Positions 11,736 to 23,319 of a stretch of DNA of 64,000 nucleotides are shown here, piece by piece (the first letter of the stretch is position 1; the number at the start of each line of letters is the position of its first letter). Made by a program: the position numbers and the translations under genes. The notes under the pieces were generated by a model that did not search any database, was not told the DNA's origin, and was given only the letters and a program-made list of their open reading frames with translations. This DNA comes from Somniosus microcephalus (Eukaryota). The DNA is taken from contig CM126214.1 in the NCBI GenBank assembly GCA_052327205.1, positions 54,002,001 through 54,066,000 on the forward strand. Reading direction: 5' to 3'.

Positions 11736-13467
11736 AACCCTTCACCCAAGGCCAACTGGGAATGTGCCTATTGGTGCGATCCATCATGCTTCTTTTGGTG
11801 CAGTCCCCCAGGCCCTTTTTAGTGCCATCTGCATCTTTTGATGCTTTTTTATGAGCACAGCCTGGGTGGTCACTCACCCTTGAGCTCTAACTCATTATCC
11901 TTATTAATCTGGCAATGTTGTTTTATTTATTAAAACACATTTTTGGCCTGCCTATCTTATTGCCATGGTAATGTGGATGTTAAGGCCCTTCAGGGGAAAG
12001 ACAACTTTTTTTTTAACGGTAACTGAAGCAAAGAAAATGGATAGTCTGCGATGGCTCACTAGATAAGGCTATAAGTAGAATTTATGAGCAGTTTAACCAA
12101 ATTAGTGAGGTGGAAAATAGTCGGGGATGGCACAAAGGCTTCTGTGTGTCACTCCCAGGGAACATAATACATAATCTCACTGAGAAAATAAATTGCAAAA
12201 GAGGGCCTTCCTGTCAGTGAAAGCCCGCTGACCTCTTTCACTGTGCAGCTGAAGAAGTTACAATGTTTTTATCTGTGCTTTCCACATACTTCAGTTCCTA
12301 TTTTCATCCCCATCCACACCCCCCCCCCACCCCCCCCCCAGTCATCGTTCACAGGCCGAGGGGTATGTTAGGTTGTCTCAAACTTCCAGTTCTTCCCTGT
12401 GGGGAAGCCCTTTGAGCCTTTTCTCCTTCAGGTGCACCTAGCTTACAGACCTGGCTCTGCTCACAGGCCACATGTCACCGGCAGCAGTATAAGCGTAGCT
12501 GTTTTTATAAATCCGAAAATTACAAAAATCGATAAGTTTATAAAGGCGCACTGACCTCCGCCACTGATTCTCCAATTGTACGGCAACAACTAAGCATGCC
12601 CCAAACAGAGCCATAGGGCACTTTAAGATCCAAAACAGATTTTAGAGTGAGGGGGCTTTCATGAATTTACTATTTGAAAACATTTTGCCCATTTTCTTGG
12701 GTTGTGGCACATTACAGATTCCATTGCACGGTAATACAGTGAAGGTCTGTCAGAGTTCAGTTACACAAGGTATTGAGGGCTGACAGGATTAGCACCTTTG
12801 TACAGAGATTCGGGATAGATGAGGGCAGTTGGTCAGGAGATCTGTTGAGAACTACGTGAGGGGGCATTCAGCAGCTGCATGGGAGGCAGGGGTCCTCTTG
12901 TTCAACCGATGGCGGTTAGCTTCAAGCAGGGTTGCCACATGTCGGGTTATGGACAGATTGTCTGATCCTTAACACAAAATGTCTCACTGGAACCTGAATG
13001 CCAATGGGTCATTTTCCAAATGGCGATTTTCTGTTCCTTGATGTCGATGGACTGCATTTTCATCAGCAGCAAAGCAAGTATCAGAAGTCAAACAAGGACC
13101 CCACCCATTCTCCCCGCCCCACCCCTGTCCTGCTTCCATTCGGTTTTGCACCTGGCAAAAGATGGAAATTCTAGATTCAAATTCAAACTGCAGGTCTGAA
13201 AGGCCGTATCTACGAAAATTGTATCACCCATCGTCAAATCAAGGTGTACCTAAACTTTATTCCAAGTCTCAGGAAATAAGACAATGAGGGGAAGACTTCC
13301 CTTGTTTACTGTTTTTAAAAAGAAAGACTTGCTGTTATAGAGCGCCTTTCACGACCTCAGGACGTCACAAAGCACTCTACAACAATGAAGTACTTTTGAA
13401 ATGTAGTCACTGTTTTAATGCGGCAGCCAATTTATGCACAGCAGGCTCCCACAAACAGCAACGTGAT

Positions 13468-13766
13468 TGTGATGAAATATTCCATTCACCACTGCCTGTG
13501 ACTGAGATCGGTTTCAGTGTCATTTCCCTTCCCCCAGACCTCATTGTATTGTGCACTGGAATGTGCTGTATTGTATACTGGAATGTGCTGGAATGTGCTG
13601 TGTGTAGGGCTCCGCCCATACCTGGCCCCGTTTGTAAGCTAGCTTCAGTCTGGCCTCAGTCTCCAGAAGGAAGACATCTCTCTCTCTTACGTGTTACTTT
13701 CTAAGTTAATAAAAGCCTTGTTTTTGTTCTGCTAACTTCGAGTCTCGGAATTATTGAGGCACATCA
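13468..13766 (+). repeat. 5' LTR
   Basis: Direct repeat of 17522-17820; AATAAA at 13708-13713. Confidence 0.97.
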
Positions 13767-13792
13767 ATTTTATTAACTTATTTTTCAACACT

Positions 13793-16700
13793 ATGGATCA
13801 ACTCCTGAAACCCAAACGTTTGGATTTGGATCAACATGCTCCGGACGCATCAGCACGCTTCGGACACTGGTTTGAGTGTATGGAATTCTTCCTGGACAAT
13901 TCCGCAACCGTCAAAGACGCTACGGACGCTGCGAGGATGAGACTCGGAATTCTGCGGAATTGGGTAAGCCACCGGGTTTACCCCCTCATCCAAGACGCCG
14001 AGACGTACCTGGCCGCCTGCGACATCTTAAAGGCGCATTACCAGCAGCCTACGAATGAGGTGTATGCTAGGCACCTGCTCGCTACCCGCGCACAGCGACC
14101 TGGGGAATCGGTGGAGGAGTTCCTAAGCACCCTGAAAATGCTTGGCAAAGACGGCAAGTGCCGAGATGTAAAAGCCGCGGTGTACACTGACGAGCTTGTT
14201 CGCGATGCCTTCATCACAGGCCTCAGCTCCACTTACATCCGGCAAAGACTGCTGGAAAAAACGGGGTTGGACCTGAAACAGGCTGCGGACACCGCACGAT
14301 CCCTGGATGTGGCCCAGAGAAACTCGGACGCCTACTCTTCAGCCCGCGCCATCCACGCCGCCACGCGTGCACCGAGGGCGCCGCCATCTTGGAAGGCATC
14401 TTCCCCGCCCGACAGCCCGACACCGGCTGGGCCCCGCTCTCCCCCCAGAAGCCCTACGACAGCCGCGACGCGTCAGGGACCCAACTGCTACTTCTGCGGG
14501 CAGCCAAAGCACACCAGAAACCTGTGCCCGGCGAAAGGCACCACCTGCTTTAAGTGCGGTAAGAAGGGGCACTTCGGGAAGGTGTGCAGAGGGAACCCCA
14601 CCGGAAAACCAACCACCGGAAAACCCGCCACCGCCGCGTGTGCGCCGTGGGAGCGGCCATCTTGGACGCCATCTTGCCCGACCTCGTGGGGTCCGCCATC
14701 TTGTGAGCAGACAGCGTGGACGCCATCTTGTATCGATCAGGGCCCTACAGTGGCATCGGTCACAGTGGACCAGACCAGGCCGCACCCGCTATCCAGATCA
14801 ATGGTGGACATCGAGGTAAACGGGTGCCGGGTTAAATGCTTAATTGACAGTGGAAGCACGGAGAGCTTTATCCACCCAGAACTGGCACAACAACTCTCCC
14901 TAAAGGTGGTCCCTACTCAGGGTACCATCTCTATGGCTGATAAAACCCAGACATCGACCATTCTGGGTTACTGCACGGTACAATTGTGCGTTAACGGAAC
15001 TGTATATGATAATTTTAAAGTATTAATCATGAAGAACCTATGTGCGAGCGTGATCTTGGGCCTGGATTTCCAGTGCAACCACCAAAGCATCACGCTCAAG
15101 TACGGTGGGTCCCAGCCGCCCCTCACAGTGTGCGGTCTGGCTACCCTGAAGGTAAAGCCGCCTTCGCTATTCGCGAACCTTACCCCTAACTGCCGGCCAA
15201 TAGCGACCAAAAGCAGGGGGTACAGCTGGGAGGACAGGCGGTTTATCGCGACCGAGGTAGACAGGCTCCTGAAAGAGCGCATTATTGAACGCAGCAACAG
15301 CCCGTGGCGCGCCCAAGTGGTAGTGGTAAGGGGTAGCGAGAAGAAACGGATGGTGATCGACTATAGTCAAACGATCAACAGGTACACCCTACTAGACGCC
15401 TACCCGCTACCCCGCATATCAGAAATGGTGAACCAAATCGCCCAATACCGGGTGTTCTCGACCATCGACCTCAAGTCAGCGTACCACCAGCTCCCTATCA
15501 GACCAGAGGACCGCCCGTACACCGCCTTCGAGGCGAACGGACGCCTCTACCAATTCCTCAGAGTCCCCTTTGGGGTGACGAATGGGGTCTCGGTCTTCCA
15601 GAGGGAGATGGACCGCATGGTCGATGACCACCACTTGCAGGCAACCTTCCCCTACCTCGACAACGTCACCATCTGCGGTCACAACCAGCAGGATCACGAC
15701 TCGAACCTCGAGAGGTTCCTGAAAACCGCACAAAAACTCAACCTCACCTACAACGAGGACAAGTGCGTTTACAACACCACGCGCCTCTGCATACTAGGCA
15801 GCGTGGTGGAGAATGGGGAAATCGGGCCAGACCCCGACCGATTGCGCCCCCTACGGGAGCTGCCCCTGCCCAACACTCCCAAAGCCCTGAAAAGGTGCCT
15901 GGGGTTATTTTCTTATTATTCCCAATGGGTCCCCAACTACTCCGACAAAGCCCGCCCCCTCTTGAAAACATCCTCTTTCCCGCTCTCTGCTGAGGCCCAC
16001 GCCGCCTTCAAAAGCATTAAGCAGGATATTGAGCGGGCCACGCTACAGGCAGTGGACGAGAACACTCCATTTCAAGTGGAAAGTGATGCGTCTGACTTCG
16101 CCTTGGCGGCCACCCTCAACCAGGCGGGGCGGCCCGTAGCTTTCTTCTCCAAGGGCCCGAGATCAGACACTCCTCCGTGGAAAAGGAGGCCCAAGCCATC
16201 GTGGAGGCAGTGCGCCACTGGCGCCACTACCTAGCCGGCAAACGCTTCACCCTACTTACCGACCAGCGGTCGGTAGCGTTTATTTTCAATAATAAACAGA
16301 GGGGGAAGATTAAAAATGATAAGATTCTTAGGTGGTGGATCGAGCTCTCCACCTTCGAGTACGACATCATTTACCGGCCAGGGGCCCTTAACGAATCCCC
16401 TGACGCCCTCTCACGAGGGATGTGTGCCAGCGCCACCGGGGATCGGCTACAGACCCTCCACAACGACCTCTGCCACCCAGGGGTCACGCGGCTGTTCCAC
16501 TTCATAAAGTCCCGTAACTTACCCTACTCGATTGAGGAAGTTCGGTCCCTGACCAGGAACTGCCGCACTTGCGCTGAGTGCAAGCCTCGGTTCTACCGCC
16601 CAGATAGAGCCCACTTAATCAAAGCTACACGGCCCTTTGAGCGGCTCAGCTTAGATTTCAAGGGCCCCCTCCCATCCGTCGACCGCAATGTTTACTTCCT

Positions 16701-17511
16701 GAACATTGTGGACGAATACTCCCGGTTCCCATTCGCCTTCCCCTGCCCAGACATGACCAGCGCCACGGTCATTAAATGCCTCAACAGCCTGTTCTGCCTG
16801 TTCGGTATGCCGAGCTACATCCATACGGATAGGGGGGCGTCCTTCATGAGTGAAGAGCTACGCCAGTACATGCTGTCCAAGGGGATCGCCACGAGCCGTA
16901 CCACCAGCTACAACCCCCGGGATAACGGCCAAGTGGAGCGAGAGAACGGAACAGTATGGAAAGCAGTCACTCTAGCTCTAAGGACCAAGGGCCTCCCTAT
17001 CCCCCGCTGGCAGGAAGTCCTCTTGGATGTGCTCCATTCGATACAGTCGCTATTGTGTACGGCCACTAATACCACGCCTCATGAACGAATGTTTGTCTTT
17101 CCCCGGAAATCCACCTCAGGCGTATCCATGCCGTCATGGCTCTCCACCCCAGGTCCGATACTCGTGCGAAGGCATGTGAGGGGCCACAAGACGGACCCTC
17201 TCGTGGAGCCAGTACACCTACTCCACGCCAACCCCCAATACGCATATGTCCGGCACGCCGACGGAAGGGAGGACACCGTGTCCATAAAAGACGTCGCCCC
17301 AGCCGGCATCGACAACAACCACGGCAATAGCGGCAACGACGATCACAGCAACTCTTACCCACCCACTACTCTTTCATCACCCCCGGAAGAACACCGACCA
17401 ACGGCACCCCCACCAACTACCCCTCCAACAACCCTGGCGGCACCCGCGGCACCGCAACAGCCACGTCGGTCGCAGAGGACTATCAAACCCCCGAACAGAC
17501 TAAATCTATAG
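13793..17511 (+). pseudogene. gag-pol polyprotein (Gag with 2 CCHC knuckles, PR, RT, RNase H, IN) with one frameshift near 16150
   Basis: CYFCGQPKH..C and CFKCGKKGHFGKVC, LIDSGS, YLDNV, VESDASDFA, HTDRG..GQVER. ORF 13754-16234 switches to frame 16177-17511 at FFS|, where about 10 nt (expected RTLQ-like codons) seem deleted. Confidence 0.92.
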
Positions 17512-17521
17512 AAGGGGTGAA

Positions 17522-17820
17522 TGTGATGAAATATTCCATTCACCACTGCCTGTGACTGAGATCGGTTTCAGTGTCATTTCCCTTCCCCCAGACCTCATTG
17601 TATTGTGTACTGGAATGTGCTGTATTGTATACTGGAATGTGCTGGAATGTGCTGTGTGTAGGGCTCCGCCCATACCTGGCCCCGTTTGTAAGCTAGCTTC
17701 AGTCTGGCCTCAGTCTCCAGAAGGAAGACATCTCTCTCTCTTACGTGTTACTTTCTAAGTTAATAAAAGCCTTGTTTTTGTTCTGCTAACTTCGAGTCTC
17801 GGAATTATTGAGGCACATCA
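17522..17820 (+). repeat. 3' LTR
   Basis: Direct repeat of 13468-13766. Confidence 0.97.
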
Positions 17821-18734
17821 GTGATGACCAGATGGTCTGTTTTAGTGATGTTGATTGAATGATAAATATTGATCAGGACACCAGAGAGAACTCCCCTGCT
17901 CTTCTTTGAAATAGTGCCATGGGATTGCTTATATCCACCTGAGAAGGTAGAAAGGGCCTTGGTTTAATATCTCATCCAAAAAACAGCACCTCTGACAGTG
18001 CACCACTCCCTCAGTACAACACTGAAAATGTTAGCCTAGAGCTTGTGCTCAAGTCCCTGGCGTGGGACATGAACCCACAACCTTAGTAACTCAGAAGTGA
18101 GTGTGCTGCACACTGAGCCACGGCTAGCACTTCAGTGAGACTGTAAACGCATTCTCTATACTTGTGTTTGCAATTTCACTGGCAAACATAAGAAATCTCC
18201 GCCCCCTCATCTCCCGTCCTGGTGTTTTGTGCCATGCAGCACCCCATATCTTGCATTCCTTTCTGCCTGATTTCAGCTCGGGTGAGAGGGCTGTGTGCTA
18301 ACATGCTGTGGCACTCTGCCCAGCCCCCATAACAGAGAAATAGAGAAGACCCTCATGCTTTTCTGCCTGGATTGGATTTGCCTTTGAGTGAGAGGGCAGC
18401 ATGCTAACACACACATATTTGACTCCTTCCTTGACTCAGGAGCGTCTTTGACAGAGGTTTTTACTAACATGATAGGTGTGAGTTGTGTAGATGTCAGAAA
18501 TATTTTTTAACAAGTTGTCAATAATCCTATGGTGATAAATCTCCTCACAAAACACAAGATGTCAAAATTTCAGGTTTTTGAAATTACTATATGATCCGTA
18601 GCTGCTTCCCCCCATCCCCCGCCCCCCACCAGCCGTGATTACAGAGGTGAATTTTAGTACTCCCACTGCTCTCTTACCTGGCACTAGCTAGTTTACCACA
18701 TCTGGCTGCAAACCTACACCCTTTACAAAGAATG

Positions 18735-18940
18735 TACAGCACAGAAACAGGCCATAAATTAACAACAGAAAATACAGAAACAGACCGTTCGGCCAACTGG
18801 TCTGTGCCGGTGCTTATGCTCCTCCTGCCCTACTTCATCTCACCCTATCACCATATCCTCCTATTCCTTTCTCCCTCATGTAATTATCTAGCTTCCTCTT
18901 AAAGGCATCTAATGCTATTCACCTCAACCACTCCATATGG
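18735..18940 (-). mobile_element. CR1 3' end fragment
   Basis: tacagcacagaaacaggcc..., tatctagcttcctcttaaa: typical reverse-strand CR1 3' UTR. Confidence 0.6.
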
Positions 18941-19431
18941 TTCAGTAGCAAAGCCTGCTACTCAGGCAACCTTTTCTCTTGCAGTCCAGTACAAATTGTG
19001 ATAGCCTGGGTCTCCTGTGTGAAATGTCTGGCTGCTAACTCACATACATTCCTGGAGAAATCCAACGTGCTGTGCTTTGTACTGTCACAATCTCAACATG
19101 AACTCCCAACAGGGTGCTCGACACCAGAAGAAGTAGGCTTTTACTGTCAATGTCTCAATTACAGCAGCCTCCAAGTTCAATCACTTTGTCACTCTTGGCC
19201 TCCTCTCTTTTCCTGAGGGAGCTCTCAAGCTACATCTTAAAGTCAGGTTTTGTGCCGTTTTATTCTTCTTGGAGACTTTTTCCAGCCCTCCCTCCACCCC
19301 CCGTCCATCCTAACTGAGATCAATTAACTCAGGACTGATTGGGAGCTGAGGCCAGGACATTCTTGTCCTGTGTGGCTCAGCAGCACCGTGGCCAGTGCAT
19401 TTGTGAGCTGGGCTATTAGGGGAGCTATCCC

Positions 19432-20241
19432 ATGGAGCTGCGAATGGACTCACTCTGGAGCATACGCGATGCTGAGGATGTTGTGGATAGCACATTCAGT
19501 GAGTTGGTCACACCGCAGGTAAAGGCTAGCTCAGACAGTAAATGGGTGACCAAAAGGCAGGGTAAAGGCAGGAAGGTAGTGCAGGAGTCACCTGCGGTCA
19601 TCTCCCTCCAAAACAGGTTTACCGTTTTGGGTACTGTTGGGGGAGATGACTTATCAGGGGAAGGCACCAGCAGCCAGGTTCAGGGCACCATGACTGGCTC
19701 TGCTGCACAGAAGGGCGGGAAAAAGAGGGATAGGGCTATAGTGATAGGGGATTCAATTGTAAGGGGGATAGATAGGAGTTTCTGTGGCCGAGACCGAGAC
19801 TCCAAGATGGTATGTTGCCTCCCTGGTGCAAGGGTCAAGGATGTCTCGGAGCGGGTGCAGAGCATTCTGAAGGGGGAGGGGGATCAGCCAGTTGTCGTGG
19901 TACATGTAGGTACCAACGATGTAGGTAAAAAGAGGGAGGAGGTCCTACAAGCTGAATTTAGGGAGTTAGGAGCTAAATTGAAAAGTAGGACCTCAAAGGT
20001 AGTAATCTCTGGATTGCTACCAGTGCCACGAGCTAATAAGTTTAGAGAGAGTAAGATAGATAAGCTAAATATGTGGCTTGAGCAGTGGTGCAAGGGAGAG
20101 GGATTTAAATTCTTGAGGCATTGGAACCAGTTCTTGGGGAGGAGTGACCTGTACCAAGGGGACGGTCTACACCTGAACTGTGAGGGAGCCGATGTCCTCG
20201 GGGTAATATTTTCTAGGGCGGTTCGGGAGGATTTAAACTAA
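19432..20241 (+). CDS. CR1 ORF1 with SGNH/GDSL esterase domain (N-terminus missing)
   Basis: IVIGDSIVR, CCLPGA, VHVGTND and DGLHLN motifs; LQNRF motif. Confidence 0.92.
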   Translation: MELRMDSLWSIRDAEDVVDSTFSELVTPQVKASSDSKWVTKRQGKGRKVVQESPAVISLQNRFTVLGTVGGDDLSGEGTSSQVQGTMTGSAAQKGGKKRDRAIVIGDSIVRGIDRSFCGRDRDSKMVCCLPGARVKDVSERVQSILKGEGDQPVVVVHVGTNDVGKKREEVLQAEFRELGAKLKSRTSKVVISGLLPVPRANKFRESKIDKLNMWLEQWCKGEGFKFLRHWNQFLGRSDLYQGDGLHLNCEGADVLGVIFSRAVREDLN

Positions 20242-23200
20242 TTTGGCAGGGGGATGGGAACCTAGGTAGTGGAAAAGAGGGAAGTCATATGAAGTCAGAA
20301 ATAGATGGTAGAAAGGTGAGAAGCAATAAGCAAAGGAGAGAAACACAAAGGGCCAAACTAATTCATAATGAGAGTGTGAAAAAAGCAAGCCTGAAGGCTT
20401 TGTATCTTAATGCTAGAAGCATTAGGAACAAGGTGGATGAATTAGTTGTGGAAATAGAGGTAAACAAGTATGATTTGATTGGGATTACAGAAACGTGGCT
20501 GCAGGGTGGGCAAGGCTGGGAACTTAACATCCAGGGATATACAATATTTAGGAAGGATCGGCAAAAAGGTAGGGGAGGTGGGGTAGCATTGCTGGTAAAG
20601 GAGGGGATTAATGCAATGGAAAGGAAGGATATTAACTCGGATGAAACGGAATCTGTATGGGTAGAAATGAGAAATAGCAAGGGGAGGAAAACGTTAGTGG
20701 GTGTGATATATAGGCCTCCAAATAGTAATATGGAGGTGAGGGAAGGCATAAAAAGGGAAATTAGAGAAGCGTGCGATAAGAGCACAGCTGTCATCATGGG
20801 TGACTTTAATTTACATATTGATTGGACTACCCAAATTAGTAAAAATTCTGAGGAGGAGGAATTCCTGGAATGTTTTCGGGACGGTTATCTGGACCAATAT
20901 GTCGAGGAGCCGACTCGAGATCAGGCCATTTTAGACTGGGTATTGTGCAATGAGAAGGGACTTATCAGCAATCTTCTTGTACGAGGCCCCTTGGGTCAGA
21001 GCGATCATAATATGATCGAGCTCTCAGTCGAGATGGAGAGTGAGGAAATTGAATCAGAGACTAAGGTCCAGAACTTAAATAAAGGGAATTACGAGGGTAT
21101 GAGACGGGAATTGGGTAAGATTGATTGGGTGGTGTTTCTGGGGGGATTGACAGTGGATAGACAATGGCAAGCATTCAAAGATAGAATGGAAGAATTCCAG
21201 AACATGTTTATACCGGTTTGGCATAAAAATAAACCTAAAAAGGTGACTCAACCGTGGATAACGAGGGAAATTAGGGACAGCATAAAATCAAAAAAAAGGG
21301 CATATCAACTGGCAAAAAAAAGCACCAGACCGGAAGATTGGGGGCAGTACAGGATACAGCAAAAGAGGACAAAGGGATTAATCAGGAAGGGGAAAATAGA
21401 ATACGAAAGTAAACTTGCAGCAAACATAAAGACAGACTGCAAAAGCTTTTATCGGTATATCAGGAGGAAAAGACTGGTAAAATCCCAAGTCGGTCCCTTG
21501 CAGTCCGATTCGGGAGAATATATAATGGAGAATAAGGAAATGGCAGACCAATTAAACTCATACTTTGGTTCTGTATTCACAAAGGAGGACACAAATAACC
21601 TCCCAGGAATATCGGCAAACATAGGGACTAATGAGAGGGAGGAGCTGACAGAAATTAGTATCTCTAGGGATATGGTGTTGGGTAAGTTGAGGGGACTGAA
21701 GGCCGACAAATCCCCGGGGCCTGATAAACTACATCCTAGGGTACTTAAGGAGGTGGCCCTGGAGATAGCAGATGCTCTAAGGATCATCTTCCGGAACTCC
21801 ATTGACTCGGGAACAGTACCCGTGGATTGGAGGGTAGCTAATGTTACCCCAATATTTAAAAAGGGGGGTAGAGAGAAAGCAGGGAATTATAGACCAGTAA
21901 GCCTTACATCGGTTGTGGGCAAAATGCTAGAGTCCATTATTAAGGGTAAAATAGCGGAGCACTTGACAAATGGGGAAAGGATCGGACAGAGTCAACATGG
22001 ATTTACAAAGGGTAAATCGTGTTTGACTAATCTGCTGGAATTTTTTGAGGAAGTAACTGGTAAAATAGATGGGGGAGAGCCAGTGGATGTGGTGTACCTT
22101 GACTTCCAGAAAGCCTTCGATAAGGTTCCACACAAAAGATTATCATGCAAAATTAAGGCTCATGGGATTGGGGGCAAAGTATTAACGTGGATAGAGAACT
22201 GGCTGGCGGATAGAAAACAGAGAGTTGGAATAAACGGCTCGTTTTCGGAGTGGCAGGCAGTGACCAGCGGGGTGCCGCAAGGATCTGTCCTGGGACCCCA
22301 GCTGTTCACAATATATATAAATGATCTGGATCAGGGAATTGGATGCAATATTTCCAAATTCGCTGACGACACTAAACTAGGAGGAGGGGTGGGCTCTGAT
22401 GAGGATGTCAGGAGGCTACAGTGCGATTTGGACAGGTTGGGGGAATGGGCGGATACGTGGCAGATGCACTATAATGTGGATAAATGCGAGGTTATCCACT
22501 TTGGGGGTAAAAACAGGAGGGTAGATTATTATCTAAATGGCAATAGATTGGGAGATGGGGAAGTGCAGAGGGACCTGGGTGTTCTTGTGCACCAGTCACT
22601 GAAGGAGAGCATGCAGGTGCAACAGGCGATTAAGAAGGCAAATGGTATGTTGGCCTTCATATCAAGGGGGTTCGAGTATAGGAATAGGGATACCTTACTA
22701 CAGCTGTACAAGGTGCTGGTGAGACCGCATCTGGAGTATTGTGTACAGTTTTGGTCGCCCCATCTGCGGAAGGATGTTCTTGCCATGGAAAGAGTGCAAC
22801 GGCGATTCACCAGGCTGATACCTGGAATGGCGGGAATGACCTACGAAGAGAGATTAAATAGTTTGGGCTTGTACTCACTGGAGTTTAGAAGATTGAGAGG
22901 GGATCTCATCGAAACATATAAAATTATGGCAGGCCTGGACAGGCTGAATTCAGAGAGAATGTTTCCAATGGCCGGGGAGCACAGAACCAGGGGCCACAGT
23001 CTAAAAATAGCAGGCAAATCATTTAAAACAGAGATGAGGAAGAATTTCTTCACTCAAAGAGTGGTGAGCCTGTGGAATTCCCTGCCACAGAGGGCTGTGA
23101 AGGCTAATTCAATAAATATTTTCAAGAGAGAATTGGATATATTTCTGAAGGCTAAGGGGATTAAGGGTTACGGAGAAAAGGCGGGGACGGGGTACTGAAC

Positions 23201-23319
23201 TGGTAAGATCAGCTATGATCTCAGACGAAGATCAGCCATGATCTCATTGAATGGCGGAGCAGGCTCGAAGGGCCGAATGGCCTACTCCTGTTCCTATCTC
23301 TATGTTTCTATGTTTCTAT
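19434..23319 (+). mobile_element. Near full-length CR1 LINE (5'-truncated within ORF1), young
   Basis: Esterase ORF1, uninterrupted ORF2, 3' UTR ending in (TTCTATGT)n at about 23298-23319. Confidence 0.96.
20289..23198 (+). CDS. CR1 ORF2: APE endonuclease plus reverse transcriptase, intact
   Basis: 969 aa; YLNARS, ITETW, YRPP, MGDFN, SDHN (APE); PQGSVLGP, FADD (RT). Confidence 0.96.
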   Translation: MKSEIDGRKVRSNKQRRETQRAKLIHNESVKKASLKALYLNARSIRNKVDELVVEIEVNKYDLIGITETWLQGGQGWELNIQGYTIFRKDRQKGRGGGVALLVKEGINAMERKDINSDETESVWVEMRNSKGRKTLVGVIYRPPNSNMEVREGIKREIREACDKSTAVIMGDFNLHIDWTTQISKNSEEEEFLECFRDGYLDQYVEEPTRDQAILDWVLCNEKGLISNLLVRGPLGQSDHNMIELSVEMESEEIESETKVQNLNKGNYEGMRRELGKIDWVVFLGGLTVDRQWQAFKDRMEEFQNMFIPVWHKNKPKKVTQPWITREIRDSIKSKKRAYQLAKKSTRPEDWGQYRIQQKRTKGLIRKGKIEYESKLAANIKTDCKSFYRYIRRKRLVKSQVGPLQSDSGEYIMENKEMADQLNSYFGSVFTKEDTNNLPGISANIGTNEREELTEISISRDMVLGKLRGLKADKSPGPDKLHPRVLKEVALEIADALRIIFRNSIDSGTVPVDWRVANVTPIFKKGGREKAGNYRPVSLTSVVGKMLESIIKGKIAEHLTNGERIGQSQHGFTKGKSCLTNLLEFFEEVTGKIDGGEPVDVVYLDFQKAFDKVPHKRLSCKIKAHGIGGKVLTWIENWLADRKQRVGINGSFSEWQAVTSGVPQGSVLGPQLFTIYINDLDQGIGCNISKFADDTKLGGGVGSDEDVRRLQCDLDRLGEWADTWQMHYNVDKCEVIHFGGKNRRVDYYLNGNRLGDGEVQRDLGVLVHQSLKESMQVQQAIKKANGMLAFISRGFEYRNRDTLLQLYKVLVRPHLEYCVQFWSPHLRKDVLAMERVQRRFTRLIPGMAGMTYEERLNSLGLYSLEFRRLRGDLIETYKIMAGLDRLNSERMFPMAGEHRTRGHSLKIAGKSFKTEMRKNFFTQRVVSLWNSLPQRAVKANSINIFKRELDIFLKAKGIKGYGEKAGTGY

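Larger units (their letters stand above)
13468..17820 (+). mobile_element. Full-length young Ty3/Gypsy LTR retrotransposon (4353 bp), 5-bp TSD GTGAT
   Basis: 299-bp LTRs at 13468-13766 and 17522-17820 (TG..CA; one mismatch seen, gtgcac/gtgtac); GTGAT at 13463-13467 and 17821-17825; PPT AGAAGGGGTGAA before the 3' LTR. Confidence 0.97.
13319..18130 (-). mobile_element. DeuSINE split by the Gypsy insertion (halves 13319-13467 and 17821-18130)
   Basis: Removing 13468-17820 and one GTGAT restores a continuous match to the intact copies at 30095, 49103 and 61900. Confidence 0.9.

Noticed and set aside
13396-17758. Duplicated small ORF (TEIGFSVISLPP...) at 13396 and 17552
   Set aside because: Translation of the two LTRs.
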